This document shows, one piece after another, positions 9,110 through 24,137 of a DNA stretch of 64,000 nucleotides (within the stretch, counting starts at the first letter, position 1; each line of letters begins with the position of its first letter). The stretch lies in the sequence record KP869113; one strand, 5' to 3'. This DNA is from Escherichia coli O157 typing phage 15. A program made the translations under genes and the position numbers. Under the pieces are notes generated by a model. It saw nothing but the letters and a program-made list of their open reading frames with translations, had not been told where the DNA came from and searched no databases.

Positions 9110-10578
9110 TTACTCCTTAGTGATGGTATACTGGCTACTTTCCCAAACAGTATATTGGTCACCGTCAACAGTAATTCTTGCTGTAGTATATTGTCCGTCA
9201 CTAGGTGGAACTGATTGGCTGTTTGATAATGCTACTTTCACCTCATTAATCTCAATACCTTTGATTACGTCATAGATGTACCCATAAATTCTGTTAGGGA
9301 TAACATCATTACCAACCTTAAGAGTTCTTCCGTAGGCGTTAATACCTTGCACAATACTATCTCTGATATCTTCTTCAGGGATTGTCAAACTTTCTTCGTC
9401 ATATAATGAGTAAGACACCTTAACAAATGCGTATTTTGGTGTTGGTCTGCTAAAATAGATATTATGTGCCAGACCACCTAAATCATAGGCTGTACCAAAA
9501 ATTGAGCCATAAGCCCTGATACCAGCAGGTTTTGTATCCCAGATTGCTTGAGCAACATTATCATTTTGACCACCAACTACAACAATCTTAAAAGATTTTG
9601 GTGGAAGACCTTCTGAGTTTGTCTCTTCAGTATCATTTTCAACACCTGAAGCATCTGAGACACCTTGAACTCTTTTAACAGCAGCTACAATTGCATCCAA
9701 AGTCCCTACACCAGTAACTGCTAAGGATTCTAAATATCTCTGTCTAAGTTCTGTGTCAGTTTCTTCGTTTCTACCAGTCGTTAAGTCATACCTGTTATAG
9801 ATGCTGTCAAGACCATCAACAGTTGTCTCAATCTCAATAAGAGTTCCAGCTAAAGCAGGAATAGCACCAACCTCTTCAGCTACTACATCTGAGATAGTTG
9901 TAATCTTTGTAAAGGTCAGAAACGTTGTCGCAGTGACAACCATAGGATTTGTTCTTGCAATGATATCACCCTCATCTTTATAGACTCTTAATGCGGCTCC
10001 ATCATTGATAACTTCTGCTTTTGCTACAATACCACCATTAATAGCCTCTGCTAATTTAGTTAGGAGTGTGGTAATTGTGTCTGATGAGGTTGGTTTATAT
10101 GAGAAAATAACGTTATCAATAATAATAACATAATCTGCATCAGTTCGTAAAGAGTTAACTTCAAGAACAGCTTCAACACAATATGATGGGGTAAGGGTAA
10201 TATTGTTAACTGGATAAAAGATATTTCCAGCAGTACTTCTCAATCTTGTTGTTGAAGAGATGGTAGCACCAGTTGTTCCAGTGAACTCAACCTGACCCCT
10301 TGTTGCCTGAGCAACATATCTGTATACAGCATTCAAAGCTGTAATATCATCAAGGTTAAATCCTTCAGCCTTGTCAATTGTCCCGCCGTCATAGATTTCT
10401 GATAGAATCTCGTGTGTATCTGCTAAAGACCTTGCAATTGAAGCTAGGAAGAGACCTAATTGGCTATCTTCAGAGACGTCAAGGTTTGGTGAAATATCTC
10501 TAAGAAGTCTTGATTTGATATTATCAAAAATTTCCTGATATCTTAGAGTTTGTAATCCTGTTGTAGTTAATCCTGCCA

Positions 10579-10579
<1 letters not shown>
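9110..10579 (-). CDS. Baseplate J-like protein (Mu gp47 / P2 gpJ-like)
   Basis: 489 aa, synteny after gpW-like and gpV-like genes. Confidence 0.5.
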
Positions 10580-15963
<5,384 letters not shown>

Positions 15964-15964
<1 letters not shown>

Positions 15965-16203
15965 TACATTTTTCCTGCTCTTCTAAGTTCGTTGTAAGCA
16001 ATTTCCTCTTTATACGACCTCTGAATCTCAAGAAATTGTCTCAATGATAATAAATCAGAGAATGTCATAGCAAAGAGTTGGTCAAGTGTTTCTTTACACC
16101 CTTCCATACCATAAATAGCAAGCACAAATTTCATCTCGTCTGCTTCTTCATAGGTTGCCTCTACAGCAGCATCAGTTAGTGGTGTCTGTAGAGTGTTACC
16201 CAT
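15964..16203 (-). CDS. Tail assembly chaperone, downstream (frameshift-extension) part
   Basis: 79 aa in the -1 frame relative to the upstream chaperone; that frame stays open back to the slippery site. Confidence 0.55.
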
Positions 16204-16205
16204 GT

Positions 16206-16604
16206 TTACTGAGAAGTTAGGCTTTTGAAAATGCTTGCTTCGAAAAAACTTCCGAAGTTTGCCTCCAGCGCAAATGCTAAGTAATCAATAAACTCACCGT
16301 AGTTTGCTTGGAAGTACGTATCAATATTAAGTGGGAAGTCATCGACAGTTGCCCCTTGAAATAGTAATGTAGCCATTTCTTCAAGGTTAATTTCTTCAAT
16401 TCTGTCAAAACAAGCTTCAACAAGTTCTTTAAATGGAACCATTGGAGCTTCTTTCTTGTCTTTATCAGTCAGACTTGACAGCATCTGTGCAAAGGTTGGA
16501 ACAACAATTTTACCCAACTTCATAGACATCTTAATACCATCTCTCGCCCCAAGCAGAACGATATTTACTTTCTTACCATTAATTACTCTAGATTCTGTTT
16601 TCAT
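16206..16604 (-). CDS. Tail assembly chaperone (G-like)
   Basis: 132 aa between tube and tape measure; contains the slippery site near its 3' end. Confidence 0.55.
   Translation of the reverse strand: MKTESRVINGKKVNIVLLGARDGIKMSMKLGKIVVPTFAQMLSSLTDKDKKEAPMVPFKELVEACFDRIEEINLEEMATLLFQGATVDDFPLNIDTYFQANYGEFIDYLAFALEANFGSFFEASIFKSLTSQ
16242..16248 (-). other. Candidate -1 programmed ribosomal frameshift slippery heptamer (U UUU UUC)
   Basis: Minus-strand ..AGT TTT TTC GAA.. about 13 codons before the stop; the -1 frame reads FFRSKHFQKPNFSVNMGNTLQ into ORF 15964..16203 with no stop. Confidence 0.5.
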
Positions 16605-16619
16605 TGTGATTCCTTAATA

Positions 16620-16665
16620 CTTTTAAAAGAAACAAAAAAGGGGAAGACCTTTTAAAGTCTCCCCC
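16620..16665 (-). terminator. Rho-independent terminator after the tail tube gene
   Basis: Minus-strand hairpin AAGGGGGAGAC..GTCTTCCCCTT followed by TTTTTTGTTTC. Confidence 0.55.
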
Positions 16666-16677
16666 TTATAGGATTTA

Positions 16678-17124
16678 TTAAACACTTGACGCTGGAATTG
16701 TAGAAGTGTAGTCTAGCTTCTCACAACCAAAAATCCAAGTTTTAGAGTTCTGGTCACGACCAAGTTCAATCTGTGGTAATTCCTGCAACCAAGCATTAAT
16801 ACCAGTTGCCAGAACAGAGCCTGATGGGTCGTAGATTACGAAGTTAGAAGAGATATCTTCTTCAAGTTCCATATTGTCTTGTTTAGCTTGAATTGCAGAA
16901 AGCATCTGGTTAGAGAGAGAAGTCTGCATTAGCTCAATCTCAATAGTACCTGTCTTGTCTGCATTTCTTGTCAGAGCAACTTGACCACCTGCACCTACAA
17001 CTGGTGTCACAAGTGGTGATGTTCTCTGTAGACGTAAGAATGAGTCTGGGGCAAAGCCTTCAATGGCAATACCATTCCAGCTACACACAACGTCTTTAGG
17101 GGAATATTGCTGATACATAGCCAT
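16678..17124 (-). CDS. Tail tube protein
   Basis: 148 aa directly downstream of the sheath gene, followed by a terminator. Confidence 0.5.
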   Translation of the reverse strand: MAMYQQYSPKDVVCSWNGIAIEGFAPDSFLRLQRTSPLVTPVVGAGGQVALTRNADKTGTIEIELMQTSLSNQMLSAIQAKQDNMELEEDISSNFVIYDPSGSVLATGINAWLQELPQIELGRDQNSKTWIFGCEKLDYTSTIPASSV

Positions 17125-17139
17125 TCCAATTTACCTCTA

Positions 17140-18492
17140 TTATTCGTAAGCCACTGTACCTTTCAAGTCAACATCCAAGATAGCCCCTGCTAAGATACCT
17201 GAGAAGGTAACGTCTTTCAGGATACGAGCTTTCTTGTCTGCCAAAGCAACTTGAGAGGCTTTAGGAACATTAACTGTGTAAGATGACAGGAAGTTTCTGT
17301 TGACTGCTCTTTGCAGAGAGGTTTCAATGACTTGACGAATACGGGTAATACCAGTATCATCATAAGTAATCTTACCACCCTTCTGGTTAATTAGCAAGTC
17401 TCTCAGAGAAGTTTTCAGGTCTGATTCTAACCAGTCAACACCACGGATGATATCAATCCATTCCCCACCAGAAGTAATCCCTCTACGAACCACTGGAACA
17501 CCACCATCAAGGTCAATAAAGTTACAGTGACGTGCATCTAAAGCTGACTTCTGAATACTTGTCAGAGGTCTCTGATTAGATGGCTGTAGAGAAGCAGCTA
17601 CGCCAGTTAACTGTGCGTTACCCCAAGCAATTGAACCTGCATCATACGGAGCGCCATAAGCAATGTATGCCATTTCTGGATAGTCTTCTGCTGCTGTGTG
17701 ATGCCACAAGCAAACGGTACGAGTGTACTGACTCTTAGCAAGCTGTGCTGGAACATCATTTGCACTGGCTAATTCTGTACCTTGTAGGGCTGTTACATCA
17801 GAGTTAGCTGTAAAGAAAATCTTCTTACGAGCTTGAATCTCAGAAGCCATTGCTAAGACAAACTGTTGAGTTCTATCTTCTGCTGCAATGAAATACCAGT
17901 CAGTTGAATAAGCCTCAATAGCTGCCAGAGCAGTCGATGCTGTGTCAGCAGTTGTACTTGCAATTGACACTGTTTGTGCTGTAGTGGTAACCTTCACGAA
18001 GTCATTGTCACCCGCTTTGGTGATTACCATTGTTGCTGAACCACCAGCACCAGTTACATTGACGGTAACAAGGTCTTTTACAGAAGGCTCTGCTTCAATC
18101 TGAGTTTTAAGCTGCTGTAGCACCTTCTCAGCAGTATCTTCTGACTGTGAAGTGTACTGGAATGGCTGAGAAACTCCACCGCTCACAGCTACAGTTAAAG
18201 AATAGTCGGTGCTCTCAGTAACCTCATCAGGAATTGATACAGTGTACTGCATAGCACGTCTACCAATATAAAGCTGAGTTACTTTAGGAGTCTGACTCCA
18301 AAGTTGTTTAGCAGCCTTATATGCAGCAGAGTTTTCATCGAAATCTTCAGCAACTTCAGTTAAGGAAGTGTAACCACGGACTCTTTCTTCAAAGTTATCT
18401 GTTGAAGCTAAAAATAGTGGTAGCCCAAAACCTTCTCTTGTAGTTCCTGCGGTGTTCAATGTAATATCTACATTAACAATTGGATTCCACAT
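17140..18492 (-). CDS. Tail sheath protein
   Basis: 450 aa preceding the tube gene in a module that also has V/W/J-like baseplate genes. Confidence 0.5.
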   Translation of the reverse strand: MWNPIVNVDITLNTAGTTREGFGLPLFLASTDNFEERVRGYTSLTEVAEDFDENSAAYKAAKQLWSQTPKVTQLYIGRRAMQYTVSIPDEVTESTDYSLTVAVSGGVSQPFQYTSQSEDTAEKVLQQLKTQIEAEPSVKDLVTVNVTGAGGSATMVITKAGDNDFVKVTTTAQTVSIASTTADTASTALAAIEAYSTDWYFIAAEDRTQQFVLAMASEIQARKKIFFTANSDVTALQGTELASANDVPAQLAKSQYTRTVCLWHHTAAEDYPEMAYIAYGAPYDAGSIAWGNAQLTGVAASLQPSNQRPLTSIQKSALDARHCNFIDLDGGVPVVRRGITSGGEWIDIIRGVDWLESDLKTSLRDLLINQKGGKITYDDTGITRIRQVIETSLQRAVNRNFLSSYTVNVPKASQVALADKKARILKDVTFSGILAGAILDVDLKGTVAYE

Positions 18493-19092
18493 TTATTTTA
18501 CCCCTTTGGAGTCTACATCTAGATGGATAGTATATTCTGGTGGCTCTTGTCCTTCTTCGTAAACTAATTCACCATCAACAATGACACGTTCAATAATTCC
18601 CCCACGTTCATCTTTCAGGACTGAATTTTTTACAAGAGTTACAACAAGAGGCGCAGAATTTTCGAAATCTGTATTGAGATAGGTATAGTCATTCGGGATA
18701 GCTCCAGTGTCTAAAACTGTAGCTCCTGTCTCTTCAAGAATTAAATCTCTGACTGAACTCATCTCTAATCGTTGTTTAAGCTCAAGCATAATACTGTGAG
18801 CACCTTTACCATTTACCGTAATTAATACTGGAATCTGAAAAGCAATTCTGTAGCAAACTACATCATCCTCAACAAACTTATCAAGAACCCAACCATAAGG
18901 TGTTGCAGCATCTTGACAATATACGGTAATAAATGGCTGGTCAGGTTTTAAACCTTTGTCATTTGAGTTATCAGAAGGGTAAGCTCTAATTACATTTGGT
19001 CTATTATTTTTATCACGAGCTAGTCTGTGACCAATAACATCCACTAAGGTTCTAACTAGACCTTTTTCAAGTTCTGCTGTTTCTAACTGCAT
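18493..19092 (-). CDS. Neck / tail completion protein (199 aa)
   Basis: Position between head and tail modules. Confidence 0.35.
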   Translation of the reverse strand: MQLETAELEKGLVRTLVDVIGHRLARDKNNRPNVIRAYPSDNSNDKGLKPDQPFITVYCQDAATPYGWVLDKFVEDDVVCYRIAFQIPVLITVNGKGAHSIMLELKQRLEMSSVRDLILEETGATVLDTGAIPNDYTYLNTDFENSAPLVVTLVKNSVLKDERGGIIERVIVDGELVYEEGQEPPEYTIHLDVDSKGVK

Positions 19093-19468
19093 TCATTTTA
19101 TCCCTTCTAATAATGATATATTCATAATGGGACGTATGGGCTAATTGCTGTGACCAATCCATAGTCATAAATACTTCATACTCATGACCATCAATCATAA
19201 CAATGTCAGACTCATTCCACTCTACATCATCTGAAGTTCTAAGTTTATATGTAGTATACAGGATTCTTGTATCGGTAAGCCTGATACCTTCCGGTAAAGC
19301 AATCTGTGTACCGTTCTTTACAGAACCTTTGATATATGGCTGGATATTACCTTTGCAGTTAACCTCTACAATATCTTGTGAAGCTACCCAATCACCATCA
19401 TCATTGTAATAACCGTCTTCAGAGACTTTACGCTTTACTACAAAGCTGTGTCTGTTTAAGAGTCTCAT
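19067..19468 (-). CDS. Neck / head-tail joining protein (133 aa)
   Basis: Position. Confidence 0.35.
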   Translation of the reverse strand: MRLLNRHSFVVKRKVSEDGYYNDDGDWVASQDIVEVNCKGNIQPYIKGSVKNGTQIALPEGIRLTDTRILYTTYKLRTSDDVEWNESDIVMIDGHEYEVFMTMDWSQQLAHTSHYEYIIIRRDKMNAVRNSRT

Positions 19469-19947
19469 TTCTTAATACCCTTCTTAGTAGAAATTTTATA
19501 AGCAAGGTTATCTCTTAAGTCACCTGTCTCAACAAGAGGTGCGTTAAAGCCTTTTTTCTTGACTGTGGAAGGTGCGTTAGGAGGGAGGATAGCAGAATTA
19601 CCAAAACCCCTTTTAATTGCCTTCTGAGCATTCTTTGCAAATGCTTCTAAAGTATTTGAAGGGTCTGTGTTGAGACTGCTAAGTTGCTTATAGAGATTCT
19701 TCTTAGTCTGCTCTAACAAGGTCTGTCTGTTTAGCATCATAGTGATTTCAAACAACCTACGATATACTTTACCAGAAGCTGAAGGAACCCCAATAACTTC
19801 TTGTAAATACATTAAAGCAGGATAAGAAAAACCAGAGCTATGTTGACCTTGTTCTTGAAAATACCCAACTTGAGCATTAGCCGTTTGCAAGTTCTTCATA
19901 GCCCCGACTAATTTTGCTCTAGCGGGGTGAATAACCCTTTTAACCAT
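19465..19947 (-). CDS. Head-tail connector protein (160 aa)
   Basis: Position. Confidence 0.35.
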   Translation of the reverse strand: MVKRVIHPARAKLVGAMKNLQTANAQVGYFQEQGQHSSGFSYPALMYLQEVIGVPSASGKVYRRLFEITMMLNRQTLLEQTKKNLYKQLSSLNTDPSNTLEAFAKNAQKAIKRGFGNSAILPPNAPSTVKKKGFNAPLVETGDLRDNLAYKISTKKGIKK

Positions 19948-20396
19948 TATTCATCTCGCTCGATAATAAATACGCCATTAACACGGTTGCAGTAATCTCT
20001 GCCTTCGTATCTGGCAGCATCACCATATTCTGTGTATTTCTTGACAGAGCAAGGATTTTGACGACGCATATCAATGTCGCACTGATTAATACCACCTGCA
20101 TAGGGTAGTCCTGAAACAGAGCTTTTAACAAGGTCGTCATAAACAGCTTTCAGAGATTTGAATCTGGAAGAGTTACGTAAATAAACACCACCAACCTTCT
20201 CATCTCCCATCTTGGCTACTTGAAAGAGTAAATATTTAAGAGCTTTGATGGCTGCTTTCTTTTCATCCTTTCCAGATTCTAGATAGAACCACTCTAGCAC
20301 AGACTGCTCAATAAGAATTTCATCATTATTGGTGTCTGTGCAGAGGATTCTTACTCTATCAAGAGGGTTATTGGCTGGGTCGCCTGTATAGCACAT
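19947..20396 (-). CDS. Head completion protein (149 aa)
   Basis: Position just downstream of the major capsid gene. Confidence 0.35.
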   Translation of the reverse strand: MCYTGDPANNPLDRVRILCTDTNNDEILIEQSVLEWFYLESGKDEKKAAIKALKYLLFQVAKMGDEKVGGVYLRNSSRFKSLKAVYDDLVKSSVSGLPYAGGINQCDIDMRRQNPCSVKKYTEYGDAARYEGRDYCNRVNGVFIIERDE

Positions 20397-20417
20397 TCAT
20401 AACCCTCCTTAAGAATA

Positions 20418-21524
20418 TTAGTCTGGTTTAGCGTCAGAACGAACGTCTACCAGCAACTGAGGACGTGTGCAGTATGGCAGCATGTAAGAGTGAGCTTCAA
20501 AGTCAATACCTTCGTCACGGTCTTTTTCGTATTCGAATACGTACAGTTCCTGACCAAGTGTATTTGCATAACCCATCTTAGGGCATGGACCATATGCCAC
20601 TTCGAAGATGTTGTTAGCTTCACCCAGCATAGAAACGTTAGGGAAAGCATGACCTACACCAACAGTTGCTGCTACACTATCAATGCTCACCAGAGTGTGA
20701 ACCTTACCACGCTTGTCTTTGAACTTACCGTTGTACTGGACAAACTTAACACCACCGTAGTAGAAAGTGTTCATGTGAGCCTGAACGCCGTCAGTACCAC
20801 CAGTTCTCAGAGAACCAGTAATCTGTTGCCAAGCCAGCGGAGTCTGCTGTGCAAGATAAGCGTCACGAATCTTAGGGTGTTTAACCAGTTTGCTGAAGAA
20901 TAAGCGGTCAACAACTACGTGAATTTCTTCACCGTTGATTACAGTGCCAGTCTTAGCTTCGTCTTCCATGTGCATACGCAGTTCTTCAATAGCAGCGTCA
21001 ATGTCAGCATTAGGGTTGTCAAGGTCGAAGTAAACAGTCTTCTTCTCAACGTCGAACTGCTTGTACAGGTCAGCATACAGAGTACCACGAGCATCAACAA
21101 CTTTACCCTTCAGAGCTTGCATAAACAGGAACTCACGAGTAATATCGAACTTGGTACGAATCTTCATCAGCTTCTTAGCACGTACTACAGCTTCAGTAGT
21201 CAGTTCGTTTGCAGTTCCTGGCTGACGTACACCCTGAATCTCATCAGGAGTAATGCTTTCAACTTCTTTGAAGTACATCATTGGGAAGCTGATTTGACGA
21301 ACACGCTCAGGTGCGCTAGTCTCTGCTTTACGGCTATCGCGGTCTACCGCATCAAGCAAGCTAACATCCCAATCAGTCAAGTCCATAAGGAAAGTAGTTT
21401 GGGTGATTGGTGCTGAACGGAACAGACCTAAGTTGGAAATATACCCATAAGTATTTGGGATAGACTGGACTTCACCAGTAAGGTCAGCAAGGAAAAATCT
21501 GCTTTTTTCAGAATTAGTCAACAT
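20418..21524 (-). CDS. Major capsid protein (lambda gpE-like family)
   Basis: 368 aa; preceded by decoration-like and S49 protease genes in lambda-like order; C-terminal region resembles gpE-family capsids from memory. Confidence 0.65.
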   Translation of the reverse strand: MLTNSEKSRFFLADLTGEVQSIPNTYGYISNLGLFRSAPITQTTFLMDLTDWDVSLLDAVDRDSRKAETSAPERVRQISFPMMYFKEVESITPDEIQGVRQPGTANELTTEAVVRAKKLMKIRTKFDITREFLFMQALKGKVVDARGTLYADLYKQFDVEKKTVYFDLDNPNADIDAAIEELRMHMEDEAKTGTVINGEEIHVVVDRLFFSKLVKHPKIRDAYLAQQTPLAWQQITGSLRTGGTDGVQAHMNTFYYGGVKFVQYNGKFKDKRGKVHTLVSIDSVAATVGVGHAFPNVSMLGEANNIFEVAYGPCPKMGYANTLGQELYVFEYEKDRDEGIDFEAHSYMLPYCTRPQLLVDVRSDAKPD

Positions 21525-21557
21525 TGTAAAATTCTCCAGAATGTCTTATTATTGTTA

Positions 21558-21935
21558 TTACAGGCCAGTTGGTACGAAATCAATACCTTTAGCAGCCAGA
21601 GCTGTCTTGACGGCAGCAGCATCAACGCTCGCTTCAAGAGTAAGCAGGTCTTTCAGTTCTGCATCACGGTGGATACCTACCACTTTCAACTGACCATGAT
21701 AAGACAGTTGCAGGTCTGCGTAGAAATTAACGATACATACAGAGTCTGCTTGGGCTTCTTCTCCAGCTTGTACCTTAGTACCATCTGCTTTCATAACTTC
21801 ACCTACACGGTATTCTGTTGAAGCAACTGGAGTGTACTCTTTACGAGAGTGGCCTGTTGGGGTAATCTGTTCCCAAAGAATGATATCATTCAGAGGTTCT
21901 CTGTTACCTAACTTAGTAAAACCTTGATATGCCAT
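21558..21935 (-). CDS. Head decoration protein (gpD-like)
   Basis: 125 aa between protease/scaffold and major capsid. Confidence 0.5.
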   Translation of the reverse strand: MAYQGFTKLGNREPLNDIILWEQITPTGHSRKEYTPVASTEYRVGEVMKADGTKVQAGEEAQADSVCIVNFYADLQLSYHGQLKVVGIHRDAELKDLLTLEASVDAAAVKTALAAKGIDFVPTGL

Positions 21936-21946
21936 TATTGTGTTCC

Positions 21947-23293
21947 TTATTTGATAAGAGATTTTAGAGCATTCTGGAGAGCCAGTTTGCGTTGTTCAGC
22001 GGTGTCTTCGGAAGCATTCTTAGCTGGTTCTTTTTCTTCTTCAACCAAATCAGCTTCACCGTTATTACCCATTTCTTCCATAGCATTAGAATGCTCAAGA
22101 ACAGCACCAGCAGTTTCTTTCAGCTTGGTAATTTCTGATTCTTTTTCTTCCATTGCAGAAGCATGGGACGCGATAGTTTCATTAAGTTTCTGGTTAGCAC
22201 CTTCCATAGCATTCATAAACAGAACACTCAGAGGGTTATCAAGACCAGCACCTAAAATAGTCGTTGCAGCTTCTTTTGCATCAAATCCAAAAGCTTCAGC
22301 AGAAGCAGAAATCTTATTAGTCAAATCTGACAAAGCAGCTTCCTGTTCTTTGGCTTTCATTTGAGCAACCTGAAGACGCAAAGCCTCTAGTTCTTGCTTT
22401 TCTTGTTCAGTCATTTCTTCACCTGAATTGTTAACGTTTAAACTTACAGGAGCCTCTTCAGAACCTTGTAAGTAATTTAAGAAATCATCTTGAGACATGA
22501 TTGAGTTAATTAAACCAAGTTCAAGAGCTTCCTGAGCAGAATAAACATTCGCCTCAGTATTCTTTACAGCTTCTTCAGAGAGATTACGAGATTCGGCTAC
22601 AAAACCTGTAAAGGTTGCGTAGGTATCATTAATTCTCTTTTGAAGTCTTTCTTTGCTTTCTTCTGAGAGTGCTTGGAATGGTGAACCCATACCTTTAAAC
22701 TCACCAGCTTTGATGACGTTAATTGTTACGCCATTCTTTTCAAATGCCTTAGTTAATTCCTGATGAACCATGATTACACCAATAGAACCAACATCTGCAT
22801 CTGGTGATGCAATAATTTCTTCAGCAGAAGATGCAAGAGCGTATGCAGCGGAACAAGCGAACTCATCTACATAAGCAATAATTTTCTTTTGGCCTCTTGA
22901 AGCCATAATGTGACGTGCTAATTCAAAGCAACCTGAAGCTTCACCACCACCAGAATCAATATGCAGAACAATAGTCTTGATTGACTCATCTGCTAAAGCT
23001 TCGTCAAAGCCTCTACGTAAACCCTCATAAGAGCTTAATCCACCTGTACACATTGCATCAATGAACGTCATACGATGAGTTAAACCACCCATAATAGGGA
23101 TAATAGCAATGTCATCTTTTACTTTTAAAAGACTTCTTGCGTCACCTTTGGGTTTATCAAAGTTTACTGCTGCTTGGACATCACCCAGCAATCTGTTATT
23201 CACATAAGTTGCTGCTGAGTGAGCTAATGATTCAGTGGCTAGTAAAGGTTGGTTGAATAATCTATCAGCAAGTCTGAAGATATTCGAACTCAT
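21947..23293 (-). CDS. Prohead protease / scaffold (S49 ClpP/SppA-like, lambda gpC-like)
   Basis: S49-like core (GGxxSG...IIAYVDEFACSAAYALASSA...SIGV), then long acidic coiled-coil C-terminal region. Confidence 0.65.
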   Translation of the reverse strand: MSSNIFRLADRLFNQPLLATESLAHSAATYVNNRLLGDVQAAVNFDKPKGDARSLLKVKDDIAIIPIMGGLTHRMTFIDAMCTGGLSSYEGLRRGFDEALADESIKTIVLHIDSGGGEASGCFELARHIMASRGQKKIIAYVDEFACSAAYALASSAEEIIASPDADVGSIGVIMVHQELTKAFEKNGVTINVIKAGEFKGMGSPFQALSEESKERLQKRINDTYATFTGFVAESRNLSEEAVKNTEANVYSAQEALELGLINSIMSQDDFLNYLQGSEEAPVSLNVNNSGEEMTEQEKQELEALRLQVAQMKAKEQEAALSDLTNKISASAEAFGFDAKEAATTILGAGLDNPLSVLFMNAMEGANQKLNETIASHASAMEEKESEITKLKETAGAVLEHSNAMEEMGNNGEADLVEEEKEPAKNASEDTAEQRKLALQNALKSLIK

Positions 23294-23304
23294 TTTTACT
23301 CACC

Positions 23305-23637
23305 CTATTTGTTTAAATCTACAGAGACTGAAGAGATAACATAAATACCTTCTTCAGCAAAGAATTGAGGTTTGCTAAGAGCACCAGTTGCCACGCATTT
23401 ATCGTTAGCATCCCACAAGCTATAGTGTGAGACCGTTGCAGAAGCTGGAACAGTAATATTAACTGTGTCTTCTGAGGCAATTAAGCCGTTATCCGGTTCA
23501 GAAAAATAAATAGCCACTGGCTGAGTAACCTTATTTGCTGTAGGGTCTGCCGTTGGGTCTACATTGTGTAAAATAATAGTCGTTGGGGTTAGCGTGGCGA
23601 GGATTTTATTCTTACCATCAATAGTTAATGTTCCCAT
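23305..23637 (-). CDS. Hypothetical protein (110 aa) inserted in head module
   Basis: ORF between portal and protease genes. Confidence 0.35.
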   Translation of the reverse strand: MGTLTIDGKNKILATLTPTTIILHNVDPTADPTANKVTQPVAIYFSEPDNGLIASEDTVNITVPASATVSHYSLWDANDKCVATGALSKPQFFAEEGIYVISSVSVDLNK

Positions 23638-24137
23638 TAATTAAACCTTACTTTTTGTTTAAGGACTGTTGAATGGTTACCAGATTCATCTACCACATTT
23701 ACAATCATATCATATACTTTACCTTTGACAAGTACTTTGTAATCATTTTGTGAAAAAATGTATTCAAGTCTGTTTGTTTCTTTATTAACTGTCATTGGAG
23801 ATTGAAATGCAGTGTCGAGGGTAATGAAAGCGGCTTCAATGCTATTAACATTGATACGTTTATTCTCGCAGTTATATAACTTTACACCCAAAAGGCATGA
23901 ACTGTCAAATGGAATTTTAACAATTTCACTACAATTTCCTGAAATAAACGGTTTCCCACTCATTGGAGCATCAAGTAACCTGCAAATAGTGAAAACGTCA
24001 GAGGTTTCACCATCACTTACATAACCTGAAAGGCTGACCCTTGAGCCAACCTCTACAGATAATTTGTCAGTGATAATAAGAACACCTCTATACGAATGCA
24101 CTCGTGTAGCATTTGAAATAGAGATAACTTCAGCCAT
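23637..24137 (-). CDS. Hypothetical protein (166 aa) inserted in head module
   Basis: ORF between portal and protease genes, coupled to portal stop. Confidence 0.35.
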   Translation of the reverse strand: MAEVISISNATRVHSYRGVLIITDKLSVEVGSRVSLSGYVSDGETSDVFTICRLLDAPMSGKPFISGNCSEIVKIPFDSSCLLGVKLYNCENKRINVNSIEAAFITLDTAFQSPMTVNKETNRLEYIFSQNDYKVLVKGKVYDMIVNVVDESGNHSTVLKQKVRFN

